From an uncultured Spirochaetota bacterium (GTDB taxonomy: Bacteria; Spirochaetota; Spirochaetia; SZUA-6; Fen-1364), in assembly GCA_963745235.1 (NCBI GenBank), contig CAVUXE010000103.1:1-14167 (forward strand): a stretch of 14,167 nt of DNA. The letters run 5' to 3'. The stretch's first letter is position 1. The number at the start of each line of letters is the position of its first letter. Below the pieces are notes generated by a model. That model searched no databases. It was not told the origin of the DNA and saw only the letters and a program-made list of their open reading frames with translations. A program made the position numbers and the translations under genes. Shown here one piece after another: positions 1 through 7,444 of the stretch.

Positions 1-42
1 CGCAGGCATCTTATTAATCAGAGCAGCAAAGTTCTTTGCCAT
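1..42 (-). CDS. 5' part of HigA-like XRE antitoxin (runs off the window)
   Basis: Minus strand reads MAKNFAALINKMPA; its ATG overlaps the toxin stop (TAATG). The MAKNF...KM start is typical of antitoxins downstream of Gp49/HigB-like toxins. Confidence 0.7.
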   Translation of the reverse strand, partial: MAKNFAALINKMPA

Positions 43-395
43 TATAGTAATCCTTCCTTTTCCACCGCTTTCAGATGGTCACCGTAAATCCTGTCTGCCT
101 GTGGTACGAATTCTTCGTACCAGCGATCGTTTCCTGTCTTATTGCCTCCGACAAGAAGTATCGCGATTCGGCGAGGGTCAAAAGCATACAGCACCCGATA
201 CGGGCTACCTGCGTGTTGAATGACAAGCTCCTTCATATTCGGATAGCGCGATCCCTCAATACTGCCACTAAGAGGCCGCCTCAAAGTCGGACCAACCTTC
301 TGTAAAACTTCTACGACTGCTGCCACGTCGTCTTGCTCACTCTCAGTGAGTGAATCCCACCAGAGGCCGAACTCGTCAGAATACTCGACCTCCAT
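42..395 (-). CDS. Type II TA toxin, RelE/ParE superfamily (HigB/phage Gp49-like)
   Basis: 117 aa with EVEYSDEF..WW, GPTLRRP.SGSI.GSRYPNMKEL, PYRVLYAFDPRRIAILLVGGNKTG and WY..FVPQADRIY, characteristic of this family; toxin-first gene order. Confidence 0.9.
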   Translation of the reverse strand: MEVEYSDEFGLWWDSLTESEQDDVAAVVEVLQKVGPTLRRPLSGSIEGSRYPNMKELVIQHAGSPYRVLYAFDPRRIAILLVGGNKTGNDRWYEEFVPQADRIYGDHLKAVEKEGLL

Positions 396-440
396 TCTTC
401 CGTAGGAGTTACCTCTTTGTGGCGGTGCATCCTATACATG

Positions 441-469
441 AATATTCCATATATGGAATGTCTTGTCAA
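441..469 (-). promoter_or_regulatory. Sigma70-like promoter of the HigBA-like operon with palindromic operator
   Basis: TTGACA (469-464), 17-nt spacer, AATATT (446-441); perfect 16-bp palindrome ATTCCATATATGGAAT at 444-459 inside the promoter. Confidence 0.65.
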
Positions 470-511
470 TCGGAAATAGGGGTGGTGTTCTCGATTCCCT
501 TCCGTTTTTTC

Positions 512-540
512 TTGACATTATGTATCACAAGAGATACATT
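512..540 (+). promoter_or_regulatory. Sigma70-like promoter of the second TA operon with inverted-repeat operator
   Basis: TTGACA (512-517), 17 nt, TACATT (535-540); inverted repeat ATGTATC-N6-GATACAT (520-539) overlaps the -10; GTG start follows 5 nt later. Confidence 0.75.
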
Positions 541-545
541 TAGGC

Positions 546-809
546 GTGTACAGGGTGACGGTGAGGAAAACCGCCTTAAAGAAGCTCTCGAAAGCTCCTG
601 AGTCGGTTCGCATTCTCTTCGATGAGTTGGCTGAAGACCTCGAGGCGAAGGGACCGATACAAACGACGTGGCCGAATTTCTCCTCGCTCGGAAAGTCGAA
701 GTATCATTGTCATCTAGCCTATTCATGGGTGGCATGTTGGTACAACGAAACGGATTCGAAGGATATAGAGGTGTATTATGCTGGTAGTCGAGAAGACGCG
801 CCATATTAA
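546..809 (+). CDS. RelE-like toxin (cytotoxic translational repressor type)
   Basis: 87 aa: Y.V.V.K.A.K.L.KAP..V...F..L..DL...GP....WPNFS.L....YHCHL...WVACW.....IEVYYAGSRE.APY; lies upstream of an XRE HTH gene. Confidence 0.8.
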   Translation: MYRVTVRKTALKKLSKAPESVRILFDELAEDLEAKGPIQTTWPNFSSLGKSKYHCHLAYSWVACWYNETDSKDIEVYYAGSREDAPY

Positions 810-1140
810 CGTAAGTCTCACAGGTGAGGGTGCAGCCACGGTCGCGGCCCTCCTCAAGAAGAGCCTGCCCGATGCCGTCCTCGTTGATGACGAGAGCGAG
901 GCTGTGGAGTGGAAGACGTCCGCCCTCGCGAAGGAAATAAAGGCCGCAAAAACGCCAGGAAGGCTTGTCCGTGCGTATCGCGAACGGGCCGGAATGACAC
1001 TCGTCAAACTCGCCCATGCCGTTGGAACGAAGTATCCAAATCTCTCCGCAATCGAGAACGATCGGCGCGTGATCGGCCTCGCAATGGCGCGCAAGCTCGG
1101 TAAGGTTCTTGGCGTGGATTATCGAAAGTTCCTCGAATAG
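778..1140 (+). CDS. XRE-family HTH antitoxin/regulator
   Basis: C-terminal HTH_3-type motif (LVRAYRERAGMTLVKLAHAVGTKYPNLSAIENDRRVIGLAMARKLGKVLGV); overlaps the toxin 3' end; GAGG RBS before the ATG. Confidence 0.85.
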   Translation: MLVVEKTRHINVSLTGEGAATVAALLKKSLPDAVLVDDESEAVEWKTSALAKEIKAAKTPGRLVRAYRERAGMTLVKLAHAVGTKYPNLSAIENDRRVIGLAMARKLGKVLGVDYRKFLE

Positions 1141-1158
1141 GTGCCCAAAGAGAGATTG

Positions 1159-1416
1159 CTAGCGCGCGCCCTTTCTCTTTAGGAAGTCACGGATTGCGAA
1201 CCTCATTCCCGCCCCTATGCCTAAGCCCAGGTCCGCCGCGACAATTTTCAACGCCTTATAATCGGCGGGATCAATATAAAAAGAGACGGGCTTCATATTT
1301 GTCTCCGCCTCTGGAATCACCTCGGGTCGAGGGGCGAGCCCGCGCGAGTCAACGTCCATCGAGGCTCTTTGGGCCGTATCCGTCGCCTTTGGTTTGCGGT
1401 GTAGTCTTTCACTCAT
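1159..1416 (-). CDS. Small ribbon-helix-helix protein, probable ParG-like partner of ParA
   Basis: Disordered N-terminus then PVSFYIDPADYKALKIVAADLGLGIGAGMRFAIRDFL (strand-helix-helix); its ATG overlaps the frame-corrected parA stop (ATGA). Confidence 0.65.
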   Translation of the reverse strand: MSERLHRKPKATDTAQRASMDVDSRGLAPRPEVIPEAETNMKPVSFYIDPADYKALKIVAADLGLGIGAGMRFAIRDFLKRKGAR

Positions 1417-2148
1417 CCGACAGCCTCGGCGAGACGTGCATACTCATTTAGCGGTTTATCGGCGGGAGCATATTCGGCGAGGAAAACATGATCCGTTTGC
1501 GCGTTGGTTATTCTTGCTGATTGCGGGATGATGAAAACTTCCCGCCCCTTTCCTGCGAGAGAATCGGCGTAGGACAGATGAACCGGGCATTGAACGATTC
1601 AGGCCGTTGACAACAAGGCGAGACGAAGCAACGCGCCCACCCAAATCATTCCGAATTTCGTTAAGGGTTTCGACAAACACTTCTAGTCCGTCAACGGAAA
1701 AAATTTCAGGCCGAAGAATCGGTAGAGCTTCGTCAACTGCTGCGACAATGGAGCGCTCCAGGAGCGATGCCCCTGGACTCATATCAAAAACGGTGTACTC
1801 GTATCCAAGGCCGGATATGTCTCGAATGAGGCGCGTGAAGGCCTGTGGCTTCCCGTATAGCTTTGTCTCCGCCCATTCCTTCAAGCCACCCCCAATGGCG
1901 AACGTCGGAAGTAGGTCGAGCCCTTCCCTCACGGATAGGATAGCGTCTGCCAGCTGCACGGCTCCTGTGAGTACATCGGCTAGCTCATGCTCGAATTGTT
2001 TCGGGTGTATCCATGATGAAAGGTTGCCCTGCGGATCGGCATCAATAGCCAGGACGCGCCCCCGCTTCCGAAGCTCGTAAACCAGGTTTCCTGTCGTCGA
2101 GCTCTTGCCCGTCCCGCCTTTCGCTACCCATACGGCTATGGTTTTCAA
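1413..2148 (-). CDS. parA: ParA-family partition ATPase with one extra base near 1583-1587
   Basis: Deviant Walker A KGGTGKSS, IDADPQGN, Walker B TVFDMSP; TTG start with GAGGAGG RBS. Removing one base at atgcccggtt restores VHLSYADSLAGKGREVFIIPQSARITNAQ...EYARLAEAVG* ending at 1413 (~244 aa). Confidence 0.88.
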
Positions 2149-2309
2149 GTTCTATCCCTCCTCTATCGATCCTATAGTGTTCCTATTGTTAATAACCATC
2201 GTTTAACTTGTACAATAATACTGAAACGATATATATTCAAGAGGAGGCTATCCTTGGCTCTGTGGCTGGAAGCATGCTCGTAACGGTTAGCTTGTGCTAA
2301 TCTTGACCC

Positions 2310-3214
2310 ATGCCAATACCAGATTACCAAACGTTGATGCTCCCGCTCCTTCGATTCCTCTCTGACGAGAAAGAGCACAAGCTTGAAGAAGCGATAGCCG
2401 CCTTGTCGGAGGAGTTTGGGCTCACCCCTAATGAGCGCCAAACAATGCTCCCCAGTGGCCAGCAGACGGTGATCAGGAACCGAGCAGGTTGGGCGCGGAC
2501 CTACATGGCGAAGGCTGGTCTAATTGACTCGGTCCGAAGAGGTTTCTTCCGACTGTCCGAGAAAGGCAAGGCCGTTCTTTCCTCCAGGCCTGAGCGTATC
2601 GATATCCACTTCCTTGAGCAGTTTCCTGAGTTCGTCGCTTTCCGTGATCTTCACCACAACCAGGGCGAGGAGAAAAAAGAAGCGTCCGCGTCAGCGGAGA
2701 CCCCAGAGGAAGCGTTTGATGCTGCCTATCAAAGACTACGCGCCGACCTCGAAGCTGATGTCCTTGAACAAGTCAAGGTCGCATCGCCAGCTTTTTTCGA
2801 GCGCATCGTCGTCGAGCTTCTCGTCAATATGGGGTACGGCGGGAACCTTCACGACGCTGGGCAGGCAGTAGGCCATGTGGGAGATGGGGGAATCGATGGG
2901 ATTATTAAAGAGGATCGACTCGGGTTGGACGTGATCTACATCCAAGCAAAGCGTTGGGACGCTACTGTTGGGCGCCCCGAAATTCAGAAGTTTGCGGTGC
3001 GTTAGGCGGGAATCGAGCTAAGAAGGGCGTATTCATCACAACGTCTGGATTCTCTAAAGATGCGATTGATTTCGTTGATAGAATCGACAGCAAGATAGTC
3101 CTGATCGACGGGCAGACGCTTTCGAGGCTGATGGTCGATCACGGCGTGGGTGTTTCAAAAATCCAGTCTTACGAGGTGAAGAAGGTAGACGCCGACTACT
3201 TCTCCGAGGAGTAG
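2310..3214 (+). CDS. mrr: Mrr-family type IV restriction endonuclease with one base missing near 2995-2997
   Basis: Mrr N-terminal domain (MPIPDYQTLMLPLL...RNRAGWARTYM) plus catalytic GDGGIDG...IYIQAKRW; ORFs 2310-3005 and 2954-3214 join as QKFAGALGGNRAKKGVFITTS (~301 aa). Confidence 0.92.
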
Positions 3215-3356
3215 CCGAGGTTACTCAAATCAAAGCCGAAGCGGTAAGTGTTGCAAGATGCACGCCGGCATTGTATGCTGTTTGATGATCTTGGGAGGGG
3301 TCAAGCCGATAGGAAAATCCTTAATCGAATAACACGCGCTGTTCGTCGAACAGCCT

Positions 3357-3387
3357 AAAAACGCAAAACCCCCGAGTCTCTCGGGGG
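3357..3387 (-). terminator. Intrinsic terminator on the minus strand, upstream of rep
   Basis: Stem CCCCCGAG-3 nt-CTCGGGGG (3369-3387), followed on the minus strand by TTTTGCGTTTTT. Confidence 0.55.
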
Positions 3388-3432
3388 CTATGCTTGCGCC
3401 CTGGTGGGCAATGCTACTGTCGCTTCTGGTAA
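3357..3432 (-). ncRNA. Candidate antisense (countertranscript) RNA upstream of rep
   Basis: Minus-strand TTGACG (3466-3461), 17 nt, TACTGT (3443-3438) with extended TG; terminator about 70 nt downstream; no credible ORF between them. Confidence 0.45.
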
Positions 3433-3520
3433 ATCCGACAGTAGCACAAACCCTCCGGAACGTCAAGCAAAAAATCAGCGCTTGAAGTATGTCCCGAGCG
3501 CCATGCCTCTGGAGGGGACC

Positions 3521-4417
3521 ATGCAAAGTGATTCCGTCGGAGTAGAGCGTCGACGTCTACCCTTTACGCTCATCGAAAACATCATCCTCGAGGACCAGAC
3601 TCTCAGCCGTGTCGATATCCTGGTGTACTTGGCCATAGCCAAGCACGCAGACGGGGAGGGCACCTGCTGGCCCTCCATGGCCACGATAGGCAAGCTCGCC
3701 CGATGCGCCAGAGAGACCGTAGCGCGCAGCCTCACTCGCCTGGAGTCCCGGGGCTATCTCAAGCGTAGCGCCCGATTTCGCCCCGACGGCGGTGTGACTT
3801 CCAACGTCTACCAGCTCATGCCCCTGGAAGCCCATAAGTACCCCCCTGTCGCCCAGGAGGACACCCCCTGTGATCGTGAATCACAGCCCCCTGTGAGCCA
3901 TGATCACACGAACTATATTCAATCTGAACTAGATCCAGAAAACCAAAAGAGAGGGGAGCGCGTGCACCGGCCCGCGGCAAGGCTATCCCTCCCAAGACGT
4001 ACACCCGTACCGAAGTCCGTTCCCTCTCTCTCTGTTTTGCTTACGCGTATAAAACAAGAGGCCCAAGCTCGAAAAGCTCCCCTGGTGGTCGGGAGGGACT
4101 GGTCGGAGGGCATCGCAGAGCTTACCCGTAGCGGCATCCCCGAGGAAGAGCTTATTCAGGCTTTCGCTACATGTGTCGAAACGGCGCCCGAGAGGGTGAC
4201 CTTCTTTCCGCGGGACTTTCTGAAGTGGCGTAAAGCATCCCGAGACCGAGTATCGCGAGATCGCGAGCAAGAGCATCAAAGACGCGAGAGGGAAGAGGGA
4301 GAACGGGAGCGGAAAGCCGAACGGGAGAAGGTCCTGGCCGAACAGAGTGATCCGCAGAGTGCGGCACGGCTCGAGGCGGCAATAGCTGGCCTGCCCTGGA
4401 AGAGGGTGAGGGAGTGA
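3521..4417 (+). CDS. Putative replication initiator, N-terminal winged HTH (HTH_36-like, phage replisome-organizer type)
   Basis: FTLIEN.IL....LS...ILVYLAI..HAD..G.CWPSMATIGKLARCARETV.RSL..LE..GYL....RF...G...SNVYQL; GGAGG RBS at 3511 favours ATG 3521; repeats lie directly after the HTH coding region. Confidence 0.7.
   Translation: MQSDSVGVERRRLPFTLIENIILEDQTLSRVDILVYLAIAKHADGEGTCWPSMATIGKLARCARETVARSLTRLESRGYLKRSARFRPDGGVTSNVYQLMPLEAHKYPPVAQEDTPCDRESQPPVSHDHTNYIQSELDPENQKRGERVHRPAARLSLPRRTPVPKSVPSLSVLLTRIKQEAQARKAPLVVGRDWSEGIAELTRSGIPEEELIQAFATCVETAPERVTFFPRDFLKWRKASRDRVSRDREQEHQRREREEGERERKAEREKVLAEQSDPQSAARLEAAIAGLPWKRVRE
3842..3909 (+). repeat. Three iteron-like repeats inside the rep gene (putative origin)
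   Basis: CCCCC followed by 17-bp dyads: TGTCgcccaggagGACA (3847-3863), TGTGAtcgtgaaTCACA (3869-3885), TGTGAgccatgaTCACA (3892-3908); period 22-23 bp; A-rich tract follows. Confidence 0.7.
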
Positions 4418-4608
4418 GTGAAATGAAGCGTGAGCAGCTGTACTTGTTTTCCGAGTATGTGTGGGAAGAGGACTATAGCGGAGTGGAGGGGGACGGGTTG
4501 TGTTGAGGGGGAAGAGGTCTACGAGGGAGAGTTTGCGGGAGAGTGGTACAACGAAAAGCAACAAGCACAGCAGCATGCATAAGAGGGCGGGAGGGTTGGA
4601 GGGAAGGG

Positions 4609-4941
4609 ATGAAGGGTGAGCTGATCAAATACCCAGAGCCAGAAAAGGCAAAGCCAGTGCAGGGAGAGCACGAGCAGCCGAGTCAGGGATTAACAAAGAC
4701 GCAACGAAAGAACCAGCGGCGCCACCAGAGGTGGCAAGAAGCGCATCCAGGATTACGAGGGGTGTCGTTTATCATCGACACGGCGATGTGGGAGCGGTTT
4801 GTGCAGTTGTACTGCCGCAAGCAGCGGCCTAACGAGATATTCACCCGCATGATCTACAACGCGGTGGCGGCGAAAGGACCTTTCCCGCCCGTGGAGGGTT
4901 TGGATTCCAGCGGGGACGGTATCGAGGACCCTGAGGGGTAA
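4609..4941 (+). CDS. Hypothetical protein, possible ribbon-helix-helix DNA-binding domain
   Basis: ATG 4609 after a purine-rich GGAGG-containing stretch; GVSFIIDTAMWERFVQLY...PNEIFTRMIYNAV fits strand-helix-helix. Confidence 0.5.
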   Translation: MKGELIKYPEPEKAKPVQGEHEQPSQGLTKTQRKNQRRHQRWQEAHPGLRGVSFIIDTAMWERFVQLYCRKQRPNEIFTRMIYNAVAAKGPFPPVEGLDSSGDGIEDPEG

Positions 4942-5016
4942 GGATCGGTGGGCGGGCGGCCCCCCTTGGGGGGATCCACACCTCGTTGGTTCCACCTGTC
5001 GCCGCAGGCGGGTATC

Positions 5017-5442
5017 CTATCGCTTTGACTCCGGCGGCTTTGGTGGAGGTGCCTTGGGCTTTGCAGGCTTTGCCCATTCAGCCTGCAGAAGCGATAGCTG
5101 TTTGACAGCCTTCTCTTTTTCCTTTGGATTTCCGATCCACGACACCGCCCGATTGATCAGGCTCTTGATGCCTTCATCCCCGCGGGCCTTCTTCAATAGC
5201 TCGCCCATGACCACGTACATGAAGTGCGAGCGCTGGGCGCGCAGCTTTGCCGCATCGACCTTGGAAGCCCGCTCGGCGCGGACCACCCCCACGATCTGTA
5301 GCTGGGCGAGCTTGGCATAGAGGCGCTTGATCACTCGCAGGTGGCCGGCCTTCTCCTTTGGGTCTTTGGCCTGGTTGGCGGCGACCCGCTCGGATTGAAG
5401 CTTCTTTTCTACCTCTTCGATCTGGGCTTTGAGCTCAGGCAT
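5017..5442 (-). CDS. Basic coiled-coil protein divergent from the relaxase, probable mobilization accessory protein
   Basis: AGGAG RBS before ATG 5442 (MPELKAQIEEVEKKL...); helical and K/A-rich; occupies the mobC/traCD position across oriT seen in MOBQ systems. Confidence 0.55.
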   Translation of the reverse strand: MPELKAQIEEVEKKLQSERVAANQAKDPKEKAGHLRVIKRLYAKLAQLQIVGVVRAERASKVDAAKLRAQRSHFMYVVMGELLKKARGDEGIKSLINRAVSWIGNPKEKEKAVKQLSLLQAEWAKPAKPKAPPPKPPESKR

Positions 5443-5674
5443 GTTTTTCTCCTGGTAAGCTGTTTCGACGGCATAGCCGCCCGGAAAGCCGCCGGCCAAG
5501 GCGCGTGGCGGGGCTGTAGCGAACGATCAGGCGCCCTGCCGCATACCTAGTACCACCCCGCAAAGTCGAAGACGAATCTTAGGCCGCGCCCGCCTCGCCT
5601 TCCGTGTCGCCTACACTTCGCGGGGGCCTCAGTGTAGGAACCCGACACAGAAGGGACCCGAGGGGGGCGCGGCC

Positions 5675-5746
5675 CTCCGACTACAAGCCACACAAGCGCA
5701 TTGCGCTATTTTGCACGGAGTGCTATTGTGTGGCTTGTAGTCGGAG
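5675..5746. repeat. Perfect 21-bp inverted repeat abutting the predicted nic site
   Basis: CTCCGACTACAAGCCACACAA (5675-5695) and TTGTGTGGCTTGTAGTCGGAG (5726-5746), 30-nt spacer. Confidence 0.9.
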
Positions 5747-5774
5747 CGCATTTAACAGAAGTGCTCTGCACTTC
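5743..5774 (-). other. MOBQ-type origin of transfer (oriT/nic)
   Basis: Minus strand GAAGTGC-aga-GCACTTC-tgt-TAAATGCG^CTCC: inverted repeat followed by a core resembling R1162/RSF1010 TAA(A/G)TGCG^CCCT; lies between the relaxase and a divergent gene. Predicted nick 5747/5746. Confidence 0.75.
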
Positions 5775-5884
5775 CCATGCGTTAGGGGGCCACTGGCCCC
5801 CTAAAACCCCACGGCGCTTATGCCCCACACTGGCCTCTTCGGCCGCGTGGCTTTATAAGCTATTAGAGAAGAAGGAGAAAGTCC

Positions 5885-7003
5885 ATGAAAACCAAGCCGC
5901 TTCACCCCAGCGTTCGGGCCATCCAGAGGTCCCGCTCAATCGGCAAGACCCACAGGCCCATGACCACCGTGGGAATCGCGGCCTACCACAACCGCATGGA
6001 CTTGCACCTGGAAGCGGACAGGTTCCTGGAGGCCCACACCTACAAGTTTGGCGAGCGCGGGGAGGATCCGGTCATCGCGCGGGGCATCCTTTCACCAGAG
6101 AACGCACCCGAATACTTGAAAGACGTCGACCCCAGCGACAAGAAGCTGTACCGGGAAGTGACCGGGCGGCTTTGGAACGACGCCGAGCACGCGGGAGGGA
6201 AGTCCAACGCCATCACGGGGCGCGAGTGGATGCTGCCCATCCCCTGCGAGCTGGGCAGAGAGGAGGCGGAGCACCTGGTGCGAAGCTTCCTCAAGGACTA
6301 CCTGGTGGAGAAGGGCATGGTGGCGCAGTACGTGATCCACGAGCCAAACGAAAAGAACGACTCGCGAAATCTTCACGCTCACGTTCTAACGACTGACCGA
6401 GACATCACTACTGAAGGATTCGCAAAGAAAAAGACAGCAAGCCTCGAGTGGCACAACCGCGACCTGGTCAGGGAAGCGCATCCCGCGTGGGAGAAGGCAT
6501 GCAACAACGCCTTGCAGCTTGCCGGACACAAAGACATCCATATCGACAACAGGCGAAACGCAGTGCAGCTCGGGGAAGCCCTCGAGCGCGGGGACCTGGC
6601 AAGAGCGCGCGAGCTAAACCATGTCCCTGGGGTGCACAAGGGCAGGGCGATCAAGGAGATGGAAGCCAGGGGGATCGAGAGCTTCAAGATGAAGGATCGC
6701 CAGGCGCTTGCAGCGGGACGGTGGGAGCAGGAAGTGGGAGCGATGGCGAGCGGAGTTTCCAAGATCATGGAGCAGCATCGAGGGATCCAAGAGACACTGG
6801 ATAAGCAGATAGAGATGACCAAGTCCAAGGGGGTAGAGCATGAGCTTGGAAGAGGAATTGAGGCGGGAAGAGGATCGCACGAGCGTGGAGAGGATCAGGG
6901 GCGCGCTCAGGGAGGAGCTCGAGGAGCAGCTAAGGGGCATGGAATCAAGGATCAAGAGCGAGATGGCGGAAAGGATCGCGACGGTCCAGAGATCGGGTTC
7001 TAG
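5885..7003 (+). CDS. mobA: MobA/MobL-family (MOBQ) relaxase
   Basis: Motif I AAY, LWN.AE, REWMLPIPCEL, HUH region IHEP...RNLHAHVLTTDR, WEKACNNAL...IDNR, H.G; AAGGAG RBS. Confidence 0.9.
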   Translation: MKTKPLHPSVRAIQRSRSIGKTHRPMTTVGIAAYHNRMDLHLEADRFLEAHTYKFGERGEDPVIARGILSPENAPEYLKDVDPSDKKLYREVTGRLWNDAEHAGGKSNAITGREWMLPIPCELGREEAEHLVRSFLKDYLVEKGMVAQYVIHEPNEKNDSRNLHAHVLTTDRDITTEGFAKKKTASLEWHNRDLVREAHPAWEKACNNALQLAGHKDIHIDNRRNAVQLGEALERGDLARARELNHVPGVHKGRAIKEMEARGIESFKMKDRQALAAGRWEQEVGAMASGVSKIMEQHRGIQETLDKQIEMTKSKGVEHELGRGIEAGRGSHERGEDQGRAQGGARGAAKGHGIKDQERDGGKDRDGPEIGF

Positions 7004-7337
7004 AGACCACCCTGGTGGTTTTCCGCTTAGTTCTGAGGAGCGACGAATCGAGGAAGTGCAGAAAAGCGTTTCCTGGCTGGACGCCAACGTGAAGGAACTG
7101 GTGAGCCGGTTTGATGAGCGCTTTCCGCATCGTCGAGTGAGGTCCGGACTCTTTGCGCTCTTGGGCTACTACCTGGAGATCGTGGGGGACAAATTGCCGT
7201 ATATCCTACTGGCTGTGATAGTCCTCATGGTCCTTGCTACCCGCCTTCACTGGCCTTTTTACTTCAGGTTGTTCGGTTATGAACTGGGCAAGGTAACGAT
7301 TCTCAAGGACGTTCGCAACGTGTTTCTCATTCCATAG
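6840..7337 (+). CDS. Coiled-coil protein with C-terminal transmembrane segment, overlapping the relaxase 3' end
   Basis: 165 aa; E/R-rich helical N-terminus; hydrophobic LPYILLAVIVLMVLA; 164-nt out-of-frame overlap with mobA. Confidence 0.55.
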   Translation: MSLEEELRREEDRTSVERIRGALREELEEQLRGMESRIKSEMAERIATVQRSGSRDHPGGFPLSSEERRIEEVQKSVSWLDANVKELVSRFDERFPHRRVRSGLFALLGYYLEIVGDKLPYILLAVIVLMVLATRLHWPFYFRLFGYELGKVTILKDVRNVFLIP

Positions 7338-7444
7338 ACCCTTGAGGAAGAGAACGCGAAATGAAAAGCCACGTATCCAGCTTCGGCGTGGGGGGAGTGT
7401 TGCCACTCAGGATGTCGACTCCGATAATGTTAGTCAGGAGTTTA

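Noticed and set aside
466-1094. Minus-strand ORFs 466-1017 and 723-1094
   Set aside because: Antisense shadows of the well-supported toxin and antitoxin genes.
3869-3908. CRP/FNR-type sites (TGTGA...TCACA)
   Set aside because: The spacer is 7 nt rather than 6, and the sites are tandem and intragenic, which fits iterons better.
4418-4608. Purine/G-rich stretch after rep as a G-quadruplex or repeat array
   Set aside because: The strand skew is real but no regular repeat unit is visible, so no function can be supported.
5701-6396. 231-aa alternative-frame ORF overlapping oriT and the relaxase
   Set aside because: Starts inside the oriT repeats and has the R/G/P-rich composition of an off-frame read of the relaxase.
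7361-7444. Longer RHS ORF start at 7361
   Set aside because: The extra 28 codons show no RHS similarity; ATG 7445 has an AGGAG RBS and coincides with the start of homology.
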